64,000 nt of DNA, taken from contig OZ024742.1 in assembly GCA_964016885.1 (NCBI GenBank), positions 291,152,001 to 291,216,000 of the forward strand, written 5' to 3'. The stretch is from Eledone cirrhosa (lineage: Eukaryota). The position numbers and the translations under genes were made by a program. Of the stretch, positions 51,734 to 64,000 are shown one piece after another (the first letter of the stretch is position 1; each line of letters starts with the position of its first letter). The notes beneath the pieces are model-generated. The model worked only from the letters and a program-made list of their open reading frames with translations, ran no database searches and was not told the origin of the DNA.

Positions 51734-51987
51734 TTTAGTATTCTTAGTTGATGTGATAGACATCTTCATTTTAGTCCATTTGCTTTTTTCGATTCCCTTT
51801 GTAGAAAATAAAGCTGAAGAAACACTGCCTTCATTAATTTGGTTCACTCTTAGTGTTGCATGGATAGAGATATAATCATGAGTCTGATACCAAAATCTAA
51901 GGCAGTAATTACCTTTAGACAGAAGTGGAATTTGGATTTTTGCTGTTTGATTTGATTGTATAGCACCTTTTGTATATAGATAGGAAC
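51734..51987 (-). CDS. Paralogous MAM-domain gene, MAM exon 2
   Basis: G-SYLYTKG..AKIQIP..YCLRFWY..LRV..KW; CAG/GTAAGA sites; same phases as 19772-20019. Confidence 0.88.
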
Positions 51988-52187
51988 CTGGATTTGGAGA
52001 ACATAATGCAGTGTGATGTTTTAATAAAATTTTATTCATTACAAATTTTCAGAAATTATTTACAATGTAATGACAAAAAGGAAAATAATAAAGAAAAGAA
52101 TAGAAAGAAATGGTTGGACAGTATAGTTATATGTAGACATATATCTCTCCATCTCAATCTAGCCTAGAAAATCCAGCATTTAAATGA

Positions 52188-52372
52188 TAATTGTTTCTAC
52201 TTTAGGCACAAGGCCAGCAATTACCCAGTGCATTACTGGTACTTTATTTTATCGACCCCGTAAGGATGAAAGGCAAAGTGAACCTCAGAGGAATTTGAAC
52301 TCAGATTGTAAAGGGACGTAACTATGCTGGAAAGCATGGCGTCCGACCCTCTACCGATACTGCCAATCCACC
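52188..52372 (-). mobile_element. tRNA-derived SINE, family B
   Basis: Same family as 478-660. Confidence 0.78.
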
Positions 52373-52857
52373 GATGATAATGAGGATATATATAAATATA
52401 CAAACTCTACTGCCTTGGTTGGGTGGTATATCTCATATATATGCCCCATGGATAAGATGGCAAAAGCATTGCCTATGAGGTTGTACCTTATAGGAGCTTT
52501 CTTAGGTGTTTTAATGATAGGAGCCCCCAGTCCTATCATTAAAAGCAACATAAAATAAAATGTCTTGTTCAAGACTACAATGTACTGCCTGTCTAGAAAT
52601 CGAATGTAGGACCTATTGATAACACCCTGACCAGGCATTGAGTCTTCATTCTATAAAAGTACACTTACTTTCAAATAGCTGCTCTAAACTTCCACAAGCA
52701 TTCCATGGTCATTTTCCATGCTAGAGCAGGGGTTAGACTTGCAAGCCCCATGGCAGGCTTCTCAAAATTCATCCTATCAGCTGCATCTCCCCTCACTAAC
52801 CTTCTGTCTTTTTAATTCCTCTTCTATCAAATAGCTACACTATAAAAGTACACTAAC

Positions 52858-53022
52858 CTTCAAATGTGCCATAAGTGTGATCATAAAGAGGTCCAGTATG
52901 TGGCCGTTTGGTAAAGTGAGAATGTTGAGCCCATGCATCAGCTTTCGAGTGTTGACTGAATCCTATGTGATTCCAACCACACAAACCATTATCAAATGTA
53001 CAGTTGGGAGACACTATATGAC
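52858..53022 (-). CDS. Paralogous MAM-domain gene, MAM exon 1 (HIVSPNCTFDNGLCGW...HTGPLYDHTYGTFE)
   Basis: Same 165-nt length, phase and VSPNCTFD.G.CGW motif as 19183-19347; AAG/GTTAGT sites; not in the ORF track. Confidence 0.9.
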
Positions 53023-53442
53023 CTTGAGAAAATAAAGGGATTGCTTTTGAGAATAATTTCTAAATGTACACACAGTACATATTTATATATATATATATAT
53101 ATATATAATCATCATCATAATTTTACATCTGCTTTTCTATGTCTTCTGATGAAAAGCCAACTAAACTTGAAAACTGGTTAAAAGTGTTTATCATTTTTCA
53201 GTTAACAAGGAAATACGTCTATTTGGTATGTTTACAAGTCTATACACTAAAAACGTGTAAATTTATATACACATTTATACAGTCTTATATCAGATATTTC
53301 TATTCTGTATTGATGTAGATACCTCTTTACTATATGTGATGTAATGCAATGGCCAATACAGCTTGGCATTAGAGTCATGACAACTCATTTTTACCATCTG
53401 AGTGAACTAGGGCAATGTGTCACACTCAAGGACACAATATAA

Positions 53443-53484
<42 letters not shown>

Positions 53485-53760
53485 TTTCATTTATTAGCCA
53501 CAAGGGCCGACATGTAGGGGACAATACAAAGACAGGGACAGTGGGGGTTTACAATAAGGTCGAGTAAAAGTGCACAATGGCAAGACTAATTTAACAATGA
53601 AAATATAAAAATATAAAATAAACTATGCATAAATATAACAAAATAAATTCCCCAATAGGGGGTGGACGACCCTGGGGTGATTCGGGTACCCCACCAATCC
53701 TGAACCACCCTGCGCTTCTAGGGCACCCAGGAGAGCACCCCTCTCCTCAAGTTAGCCAGC

Positions 53761-56700
53761 CTATAGGCGCATGGTCAGAGTAGGCCCATTCACACGAGCC
53801 ATTCTCGCCACATTCACCCACCTTTTAGCAAATGTACTGGGGGGCAGCACTTCTCTCTCCACCCTCACCCTCCTTTCCAGGTGAAACTTGAAGAAGTTGA
53901 TGAGGGATTGGCCGAAGAGAAAAGTGTCTGTCTTTAGTCCTTTCAACCTGGTCCACCATATAATCTCTTTCGCAACTGCCACCAGACAGAGGAAAATGTC
54001 CTGCTCTTCCTGACCTAAGGAAGGTGGCGGCTCGATCTTCACTACGGACTCGGCCGATAGCCGGATTCGTTCCACACGCGACAGTAGCTGTTCGACATAA
54101 CTCCACAAGTCAGTAATGCACGGACATTGGACAAGTGCGTGCAGAACGGTTTTGTCGTTCTGTGCGCATCTTGGGCAGGTCCGTCTTACAGCACTTCCGT
54201 GCCTGTAGAGTTTATCCCGAACCGGCAGTGCCCCCCGGTAGCACTGCCAAGCGAGGGATTTCTGGAAATTGTCCATCGTCCCCGGCTCAAAAGTCCTCCG
54301 GTACAGACTGGTCAGTTCGACTTCGTCGAGGCCCAAAGCTTCTCCGAGTGCGTCATCACACTTGTCCACCACTAATCCTCTATAGAACTCGAGAGTGGAA
54401 GTTCCACTGATCACATTGCCCGCTTGGTAGAGGGCAGTGAGTGCCTGGCAACATTCCAGGTGCCAGTCACCCAGTCTCGGTCTCTTCTTGACCCAGGACT
54501 GCAGCTCAGTCAAAGAAATGAGCTGCGGAAAGGCCCGTCTGATAAACGGCGACCACACCTGTTCACCATTGAGGCAGAATATCTGGAGATGTCGCAGCCT
54601 CAACGCATGTCTGCGCATCATTAGCCACGGCATGCCCAGCCCTCCGTGTAGAGGGTGCTGGCAGCAGATGGACAGCCTCACCAACGGAACTTGTCCCCTC
54701 CACAAGAATTTGAAGAGGAGCCGTTCCAACTTGACGAGGCGCGGACGGGGGCAAGGCACGACGGTTAGGCGGTAGTAGATGACGGACGCGATGTACGCAT
54801 TCGCCACCTCCGCGCGACCTTTCAGTGATAGCTTCCTCCCAGCCCATTTTTGGGTGAGACTGGCTACTCTGCTTGTTACCTCGTCCCAATTCTTTTCCAC
54901 CTGGAGGTCTGGTCCGAACCAAACCCCGAGCAACTTTACTGGTCCGTCCATCCAGCGCCCCACGATGCTGTTGGACGGCATGGGCTTGCCTCTCCAGGTT
55001 CCGAGCTGCAAGCCCACCGACTTTTCCGGGTTAAGTTTGGCTCCTGTCAACCTTTCATATTCCTTCAATAAGGTGCCGACCACCTCGATTTCTGAGGTGT
55101 TCTGAAGTTTCTGCCCTGCAACAGCTCCAGCTTCCCCAGTAAAGGCTCGAGAGTCAATACGTACAGAAGGGAAGAGAGAGAGCACCCTTGACGGACCGAT
55201 CGGGAAAGCCGGAATGGTTCCGAGAGGTGGCCATTAACCTTGACCACCGAGTGTGTGCCGCTGTGCATTGCAACGATCCAGCTTCTAAAGACAGGGCCGA
55301 AGCCAGCTGCTTTGAGGACAAACTCCAGATACCGATGGTCGACCCTATCGAATGCTTTCGATTGATCTAAATTGATCAGTGCCCCACCGAAGCCAGGTTT
55401 ACACCCTACCCTCTCTATGATGTATAGCATGAGGTGGAGATTGTCGTGTATGGACCTGGCTGGGATTGCGCAAGTTTGCACCTCCCCAACCAAATCCTCG
55501 ACGACAAGCGCCAATCTCTTTGCTAACACCTTGGCCAAAATCTTAAACTCTGTGTTGAGCAGAGTTATGGGCCTGAAGTTCTCTAATGTATCCCTCTTGT
55601 TCTCGTCTTTCCTTATCAGCGTCACCACTCCCCAGCTCACAGAACTGGGAATACTCCCGTTCTGCTGCCAGTTGCAGTAGAGGGCTTCGAGGAGATTGGA
55701 GAACAAGTCTGGCATATTTACGTAAAGCTCGTAGGGCAGGCCATCCAAACCGGGTGACTTGCGCCTCATGCAGCTGACAAGGGCGTCCTGAATTTCGGCT
55801 GAAGTAATCGGCCTTTCGCAGCGCTCAGCGTCGACCGTCGAGATGCGCGGCAAGCCGTCAAGGTAGGGACTGAAATCCGCTACTCTCTCTGACTCGCCAC
55901 CCTCCCTGAACAACCGAGCAAAGTGCTGGCGAAAGGCCTCAGACATCCGCTTGGAATCGCTTATCTCGTGTCCGTCTCGGTCCGCCAAAGACTGAATTGT
56001 GGTTTTATTACCACGCTGCGCCTCCGCCACGCGGGCCCATCGAACAGCATAGTTCCCTCGTTTCTCAGCGCACGCGCCTTAGCTCTGACAATGCAACCTT
56101 CGTGTTTGGCATTGAAGAAATGGTCTAATGCCATTCTTGCCGCTAGCGCGTCAGTTGCGATGCCACTACAAATAGCCTCGTCTAACTTATCTACCAGCTC
56201 CCCCTCCTTTCTATTTTTCTCTAACGCTAGTTCTTTGCTGAACTCTATCGAAGTTACTCTAATCTCTCTTTTGAGAGCCCCCTACCATCTGTTGTTGATG
56301 ATCCCCCCTGTCAACTTTTGCTTAACTAACTTGTTGACTCGGTCCCTGTAAGCCTTACGTGTCGGAAATGACATGTTCAGCTTCCAGTAACCCGGTCCTA
56401 ACCTACGCGTTTTATCTAGGTCGACCGTACAGATCACAAATTTGTGATCTGAATAGGCGACCGTTTTAAAAAGTGGACAGCCCACACTATTTCTATCTAT
56501 TTTCCTAATGAAGATTCTGTCTATATACGATCTAGATGACCCCATTCGGTTGGTCCATGTCCATACTGGCACATTGGGGAAATCTAGTCGATACCTGTCA
56601 GACTGTTGGAACTGGCTGAGTAGGTGCTTGAGGCTTTTGCACCCCCCGCTCCTATCGGCTACTCCCACACAGTCCCAGCGTGCGTCTAAGATGCCATTCC

Positions 56701-57123
56701 AGTCCCCCGCTAACAGTAAAGAGCGGACGTATCCAGAAAGGTCTCCAGGCGCCTAAAGAAGTCAGGTCGTCCGGCCCCTGTAGGGGCGTAGATGGCCAGC
56801 AGTCTAAAGGCACCACCTTCGCTACTGCTCACATCCAAGACCACCAACTTACCGTCCGGGTCCCGGAAGATCGACCTTACCTCGAGTTCCAGTCCTTTCC
56901 TAAACAGCACTGCCACCCCACCCCCCATTCCCGGCCTGCTAACAGATGCGAAGATCTGATAGTCGTCGAAAATGGGGGCTAGTGTGCGCGTGTCAGAAAT
57001 TCTGGTCTCGCTTACGGCAATCACATCCATTTCCAGCGACCGGAGGTCGTTGAGCAGGCGACCCTGCTTCCAGGGTGACCCCAGGCCGCGATCATTTAAA
57101 CTTCCTACTCTTAATATGGCCAT
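53761..57123 (-). pseudogene. Tx1/L1-type ORF2 (AP endonuclease - reverse transcriptase - zinc finger), disrupted
   Basis: SLN.RGL, VSETR, IYAP, YSDHK, GPGYWKLN, KSPGLDGLP.E.Y, FRPITLLN, LDQSKAFDRV, VRQGC, CPRC..TVLHALVQC. Confidence 0.9.
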
Positions 57124-57132
57124 ATTGGTAAG

Positions 57133-59117
57133 CTAAGAGAGAGAGAGGGAAGGTTTACTTACCTCCCGGGTCTTGTGAAGGTCGGGTGGTTCGACCTCCA
57201 TGGTTGGTGGGGTTTCTTTTGGTAACCCCTTTAAAAGTCTTGATGTGGGTTTCACATTCGGGTTTCCCACGTCTTGAGGAAAGCTCTCTCGAATTTCTTT
57301 GAAGGAATTGAGTGACATTCGGACCAGAATCAAATCTTCTGGCACGCAAAATGTGCTCATTTCAAAAATCTCCCCCTCTGTTTGAATGTCCTCGCTTCGC
57401 GTTAAGAGGGCCATCAGTTTATCGTTGGCCCTTCTGACAAGCACGAAGTTTTTAACATTTTGTTGGTGTGGTTTTATTTGTTTTCGTTTTGGTGAAGGTG
57501 GTGGCGATGGTTTTGGTGGTGTTGTTTCAGGTATGTCTATGTTTGTTGTAGGTGTGGTGTCTGCAATTTCAGGTATTTGTGTGTTTATTTGTACTTGTGT
57601 TTGTTTAGGTTGTTTGCGTTTCGGGGATTGTGGAGGTGGTGTCGATGTTGCTGATGGTGCTGATGTTATTGGGGAAGTGTTTGCGTTAGTGGTATCTGTA
57701 TTTTTTGTTGTGTGTGTTTTTGTGTTTTGTTGGGGCTTTTTTTTTTGTGAGTTTTCTCTGTTTTTTTGCACTTTTGGGTTTTCCTTCATCTTTGCTGCTG
57801 GAAGACAAAGGGTCTGTGTCTGTGAGTGTCTCTGTGTCTGTGTGTGCGTTTATTTATTTTTTGTCTATGTGTATAATTGTGGGGGGGGGGGGGGGTAGGG
57901 GGAGTGGGAGAGCTTTCCTCGTTTTCTCCTTGGATTGGTTTTGGTGTTGGTGGTGATCCGGCTGCTTTTGATGTTGGTGTCCGTGTTTTTGTTGATGTTG
58001 TTTTTGGTGGTGGTGGTGGTGCAGCTTTCCGTGCTGACACTGGCGTTGGCAACAAAGGAGGTTTGCGACCCCCTGCATTTTTGCGCTGAGGGCAGAAGGC
58101 TTGAAGATGCGTTGCTTCCCCGCAAACGAAGCAGCGTGGCCTTCTTCCGTCAATCATTAGTTGGATTGTTGTCCCGTCCTGCAGGCGGGCAAAATCTGGG
58201 ATGTTATTCATATCCTCCGGTTTCATTTGGAGAAGAATCTCCAAATCCATTCCGGACCAGTCCTCTCTCTCTGTCCATTTGATGTCCAGGAGGGTGGTGT
58301 CTGTCCCCTCCTCGATTACGCATCCCAGCAGCCACCATATGTTCATTCCTGGTGGGATGCTGGGAATGCGTACCTTCACAGTCCTTTTACCCATATAGGA
58401 CGGATGCATGATGATGCGTTCCGTTCTGCAGGGGGTCACTGAGTGCTTAATAGCGAGGACCTCGGTTTTGAACAGTACCGAGATGGTACCGAACTGTTTG
58501 CCTCTTGCTTTGTACTCTATGTTACTTCTGATGTACTCCAAAGCAGCCTCTACCTCTGCTTGGCTCGCAAGTTCCACTTTTCGTGTCTGCACCGAAATAC
58601 ATCGAAAGAGCACCGTCCTCCTTTGCATGGCCGCTATTGCCTCATCCGGGATGGTCAGGTTTGCCCAGGACTTCTCCCGTTTAATTAGCCTCCACGCTTT
58701 GGCCAACTGTTCGTCTTTATCGCTAATATCAATATTGATATTCAATAAGCGCTTTGTTTTTGCTGCTGCTGCAGCAAATGTGGTGTTTCTGGTGCTCTTA
58801 TTGTTGTTGTTGTCATTCTTGCTGTTGCCACCACCATCCTTGTTTACATTGAAGCTGTCGGTGTTATTGTCGTTATTGCTCTGAGTTGTTGTTGGGGTGG
58901 TGGTGGTGGTGGTGGCGGTGGTGGTGATGTCGTTTTCAGATGATACTGCTGCTATGGTAGAAGGTTGTGATGGTAGCTTTTTAGTTTTGCCTTCACATTC
59001 AGTAGAGTGGATGACAGGCATGACTGTAGCCGTCGTAGTCGTGGTGAAATCTGCAGTGGCTGCCTTTAAACTTTTGACCTGAACGTTATTTACCGTTTCA
59101 AGGTCGAAAATTTCCAT
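57133..59117 (-). pseudogene. Tx1/L1-type ORF1 (gag-like zinc-knuckle protein), split into two frames near 57790-57900
   Basis: CFVCGEATHLQAFC (CX2CX4HX4C); T/P/K-rich low-complexity linkers. Confidence 0.75.
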
Positions 59118-59359
59118 AATTTTCTTTTGGTGGGGAAGCGATTTTTTTCAAAGTTTTAAAAAAATAAATCTGAATATTCGGGCTTAAAGCCTGAATATTG
59201 AGAGGTATCCCTCTCTTTAAATCAAGATGTGTACCTTAAGTTTCGTTAACGACAAGAAAATACAAAAAAAAGACACTTTAAAACAGTTTAAAGCTACAAA
59301 CCTTTTCCCCCGCAGACTTGTCTGTCTTCACACATGTGCGGCCTAATAATAATAATAAT

Positions 59360-59547
59360 AATAATTGTTTCTACTTTAGGCACAAGGCCAGCAAATACCC
59401 AGTGCATTACTGGTACTTTATTTTATCGATCCCCGTAAGGATGAAAGGCAAAGTCAACCTCGGCGGGATTTGAACTCAGATCGTAACGGGATGTAACTAT
59501 GCTGGAAAGCATGGTGTCCGACCCTCTACCGATACTGCCAATCCACC
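59360..59547 (-). mobile_element. tRNA-derived SINE, family B; its (ATT)n tail abuts the Tx1 5' end
   Basis: Same family as 478-660. Confidence 0.78.
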
Positions 59548-59719
59548 AATAACAGGCAACTTCAGCAAAAAGTATATTATATTATTGTAATGCATTAGGT
59601 GATTGCTGGCCTTGTGCCTGGAGTGGAGACAGTTATTAATAATTTCATTCTTAAGCCACGCAATGCTCACATTAAGGAACCAATCATGATAATAACAATT
59701 TAAAAAAACAACAAAAAAG

Positions 59720-62700
59720 AAAACCCCGTGACCAAGAAATACCGGGATGGCGGCCGGCGGGGAATAGCCGTGTCTCTAGGGGAGAACGACCCCTCTAGTC
59801 TTGGTTGACACTCGTTCTAGAAGTGGTAACACGAAATGATTACCCCTTGGCGGATAAGGATAAAACGCGATAAAATAAAGTAAATGTCTAATGATAAAAT
59901 CTCATACCGGATCGGTCGTCACCTGGGTAAAAAAGGGCCGCGTTCCTCAGAGAGGAACCAGACTGGGGTCGAAAAATCAGCTAATGGTTCAAACCTTCCC
60001 ATCACTTCAGAGCTGGAGACCTCCCATAACCGGAATACTCCTACTGTTGGCCCTCCATGCTCACCACCAAGAAATCCAAAGAAAAAGAGAGAAAAATGGT
60101 CAAGGGAAGATAATAAAGAAGTCCTTGAGGCTTTCTACACTGCCATGTACTACCCATCAAATACATCGAATACAGAACAGATATATATCAACTGGAAAAA
60201 GAAACATCCCGAAAACAGAGGCTATATTGACAGTAACAAACTAGCCAATATACGAAGAAATATTGTAAAAAAAAAGTTACTAACTGATATAGAAATTGAT
60301 CAGATCAAGCTATTAGCACAAAGTCAGCGAAGGGAAAATGAAACATGTCTCAGTGAAAACGAGGTAAATTGTAACACTTCGAATCCCAGGGGTGGGGCGG
60401 AATCACTGGCAACAGAACAAACTAAAGAAAGGATCGAAAAAGTGGAGGGAGTGCATGCTCAAGATGAAACTCCAAATGAAAATAATGAGATCGTAAATGA
60501 TAAAGAAATGAATGAGAATGAACTTGCCAACTTGAAGTATGAAATTATGATCGAATGGATGAAAATGAAAGAATCTGACATGGGGCAACGAGACACCCTC
60601 CCTAAGATCCAGAACTCCAAACAGAACCAAAAGATAATACACAAGACTAACATAATTCTCAAAAACATTATCATCACAAACAAACTAAACATTACTGATT
60701 TAAATCATCTCTATTATGCATCGGCTAAAGTCACCACTCACTTATGTGGAGTGAAGATGAAAAAACAAAGGAATTCCCACAAGAAATCTACTTGGCAAGA
60801 GAACATTAATCGCCAAATAAACCTTCTCCGATCTGACATAGAAATTTTAACAAACTATAAAGTAGGTGAACATGTTAAACAAACTAAACTTAGAAAATTG
60901 AAAAGAAAGTACAGTATAAAATCAACAAGTGACATAAACATGCTGATAGAAATAATCAAGCAAAAAGTGTCGGCCAAAGCTGCTCGTATAAGGCGCTTTG
61001 AAAAACGATCTAGATTCTATAAGGACAATAATATGTTCAAAAACAACCAAAGAAACTTCTACAGAAAAATTGGTAAGTCAACAATAACTGCTAAATCAAT
61101 ACCACCCAAGGAGGAAGTGCAAGAATTCTGATAGACAGACAAATGAACGATACAGCTCACCTTGAAGAACAAATATGGGAAAATATAACAGTTGAACAGT
61201 TGCGCTTGGCTCTAAGAAAAACCAGCAAATGGAAATCCCAGGAAAAGACAAAATACAACATTTTTGGATAAATGCCTTCACAGAGTCTCATGAGCTGTTA
61301 GCCCAACTTTACAATGAAATAGTTAAGGAGCCAGAAAAGATACCATCATGGCTAGTTAACGGCATTACATTCCTGCTTCCGAAGAATGATGAGACAAACA
61401 ATCCCAAAAATTACAGACCGATAACTTGCTTGACCACAATGTATAAAATTTTAACATCAGTCCTAACTGAATATACATATGACCACCTGATAACAAATGA
61501 CCTCTTTCCCATTGAGCAGAAAGGGTGTAAACGAGGCTCATATGGCTGTAAGGATCAGCTTTTGGTTAACAAAATGATACTGGAAGATTGTCATAATAGA
61601 CACAAAAATCTATCAATTGCTTGGATAGATTATAAAAAAGCATTCGATAGTTTGCCACACAGTTGGATTGAAAAATGTTTAGAGATTTTCAAAATATCCC
61701 CCGTTGTCAGGAGGTTTTTGTCATTCAGTATGAAGACATGGAAAACGACACTCCTTTTGAATAGCGAAACAAAATCACTGAAAGCTGGAGAAGTTAATAT
61801 TAATTGTGGAATTTTTCAGGGTGACTCTTTATCACCGCTTTTATTCTGCATCGCACTTATACCATTAAGTAAAATGCTCAATGAAACAAAACATGGATAT
61901 AAAGTCTATGACAAAACCATTAATCACTTGTTCTACATGGATGACCTGAAACTATTTGCAAAAAATGATGAACAATTGCAAGGGCTATTATCCACTGTGG
62001 AACAGTTCAGTGATGACATTAAAATGGAGTTTGGACTAGATAAATGCGCCAAAGCAACGTTCACCAGAGGAAAGATCAGTGTCTGCCAACAAAAAATTAC
62101 CAAGCCAACATAATAAAAAATGGATGCAGCCCATTATGCCGTGTATGCAAAAAACAACCAGAGACCATTGACCATATAATTTCAATGTGCAGTCCTATAG
62201 CTCCAGCCGAATACCTAAACAGGCATGACAGAGCTGCACAATACATACATTGGATAATGTGTAAGCATTTTGACCTGCCCCATCAAAAGAATTGGTGGGA
62301 GCATCAACCACCTCCCATACTTGAAAAAGATCACATCTCAATCTTGTGGAACTTTAGCATCCAAACAGACCGAAAAATAGATGCAAATAGACCTGATATA
62401 ATATTGAAGGACTTTAAAAAGAGGGTATGCCTGCTAATTGATATGTCCGTTCCAATAGACAAGAATGTATCTATAAAAACATTTGAAAAATTGAGCAAGT
62501 ATAAGGACCTGGAGATAGAAATTGGAAAAATGTGGAAATTGAGAACTAAAACAATACCAGTGGTTGTGGGCGCTCTGGGAATGATACCTAAGGGGTCTAA
62601 TGATTACTTATCGCAAATTCCAGGAAACCCGCGTATAGGAGAAATACAAAAGATAGTACTAGTGGGAACTGCCCATATACTAAGGAAGATTCTGTCAATA

Positions 62701-62872
62701 TAAGTACATCACAAGTCTAAACACTAAAGATGCATGTGTGAGTATGTATGTTCTTTCTTGAACATGGCGGGCCTTGTTGTCTCTTGAGGTCACTGGTTGT
62801 GACTTGGTGATAACTCGTATGAACATAAAGCAAAATAAATGCAACTGTAATAATAATAATAATAATAATAAT
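59720..62872 (+). mobile_element. R4/Dong-like non-LTR retrotransposon (RT + restriction-like endonuclease), defective, ending in (TAA)n
   Basis: YRPITCL, EQKGC, AWIDYKKAFDS, GIFQGDSLSPLLF, FYMDDLKL; CRVC..ETIDHIISMC, RHD, RPDI, IDMSVP..K..KY; stop at 61129-61131; RT joined directly to the zinc knuckle by a deletion near 62075; 5' boundary approximate. Confidence 0.88.
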
Positions 62873-64000
62873 GATTTCTTTATTGGCCACAAGGGCTGAC
62901 ATCAAGAAAAACATTACAGACGGCACAGGACGGTACAGGACGGTACAATGTGGGTTTTGTTCGTGTAAAGATTTTTATTATTTATATAAGAAAAGAAAAA
63001 GAAAAAGACATAGAAACATATATATATATAAACAATAAAAATGAAAATTGAAACAATGAAAAATTCCCCAATAGGGGGGAAACCTCCAAGGGTTACTCGT
63101 GGTGAAAACCACACAAAAGACCACGGCCACCCTGACCACCAGGACAAGCGCCCTCTCTCAATTTTTCTATTTCTCAAACTACAGGCATATATTCAGAGTG
63201 GTCCCGTTCACTCGGACCATTCTCGCTACATTCACCCACCTTTCAACAAACTTGCTAGAAGGTAGCACTTGCCTCTCCACCCTGATTTTCCTCTTCAAGT
63301 GAAACTTGAAAAAGTTAATTAGGGATTCGCCGAAGAGGAAAGTTTCTGTCTTTAATCCTTTTAACCTTGTCCACCACACAATCTCTTTCGCCATGGCCAC
63401 CAGGCAGATGAAAACCGCCTGCCCTTCCTCCCCGAAGGAAGACGGCGAGACCATCTGCACAATGGACTCAATCGATAACCGGATCAGTCCTATACGCGAC
63501 AGCAACTGTTCGATATAGCTCCACAAGGCAGCAATGCTCGGACACTGAACGAGTGCGTGAACGACGGTTTCGTCGCTCTGCCCATATCTCGGACAGGCTC
63601 GGCTGACGGCACTTCCGTGTTTGTAGAGCTTATCTCGAACTGGCAACGCTCCCCTATAGCACTGCCAGGCCAGGGATTTTTGGAAGTTATCCATAGGCCC
63701 TGGGCTGAAAGTTCTCCGGGAGAGAGCAAACAGCTGATCTTCTTCGATGCCCAGGATCTCTCCGAGAATGCCATCGCTCTTCCCCTCCACTAGTCCTCTA
63801 TAGAACGCTGAGGTGGATGTTCCACTGATACCGGTGCCCAGCTGGCAGAGGGCAGTGAGCGCCTGGAGATATTCCAGTTCCCAAGCGCTATCCCTTGGTC
63901 TTTTCCTGACCCAGGACTGCAGCTCCGTCAAGGAGACAAGCTGTGGGAAAACGTGCCTGGCGAACGGCGACCACACCTGTTCACCGTCAAGGAAGCACCA
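62873..64000 (-). mobile_element. Second Tx1/L1-clade element, 3' portion (continues beyond the window)
   Basis: ORF 63179-63976 is homologous to 53761-54570; same 3' terminus CCCTTGTGGC.AATAAA..GAAATC-(ATT)n. Confidence 0.9.

Larger units (their letters stand above)
53483..59343 (-). mobile_element. Full-length-structure Tx1/L1-clade non-LTR retrotransposon, flanked by (TAA)n on both sides; defective
   Basis: ORF1 with CCHC knuckle, ORF2 with APE, RT and C-terminal zinc finger; frameshifts and a stop; YADD region deleted near 55105. Confidence 0.9.

Noticed and set aside
52640-52680. Second donor-like copy (TTTGAAA|GTAAGT on -) resembling the end of the 52858 exon
   Set aside because: Short local duplication with an in-frame stop just upstream and no MAM-like coding sequence, so not called as an alternative exon

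Overview
AT-rich, microsatellite-laden eukaryotic genomic DNA. A cephalopod (octopus-like) origin is inferred from the GC-expanded 18S fragment, the CORE-type SINEs and the astacin+MAM genes; it is not proven. The window holds a multi-exon astacin (metzincin) metalloprotease + MAM-domain gene on the + strand (exons traced from 8354 to 37527; first/signal-peptide exon not found). A near-identical second copy of its terminal exon and 3'UTR lies at 45005, and the three MAM exons of a convergent paralog lie on the - strand (53022-49227). Introns and intergenic space are packed with mobile DNA: RTE LINEs (one with a ~3 kb twin-priming inversion), two SINE families, a Chapaev3-type transposon, a hAT MITE, a deleted Gypsy LTR element, two Tx1/L1-clade elements and an R4/Dong-like element clustered at (TAA)n tracts, and Penelope-like hammerhead-bearing ends. 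The most striking item is a 5.9 kb, nearly homogeneous 310-bp tandem array in the last intron. Each complete unit carries a type I hammerhead ribozyme fold (retrozyme-like), and an internal strand inversion gives 6 antisense and 13 sense ribozymes just upstream of the terminal exon. Also notable is a 5'-exact 18S rRNA fragment fused directly to a SINE. All coordinates were read by eye; repeat boundaries are approximate.
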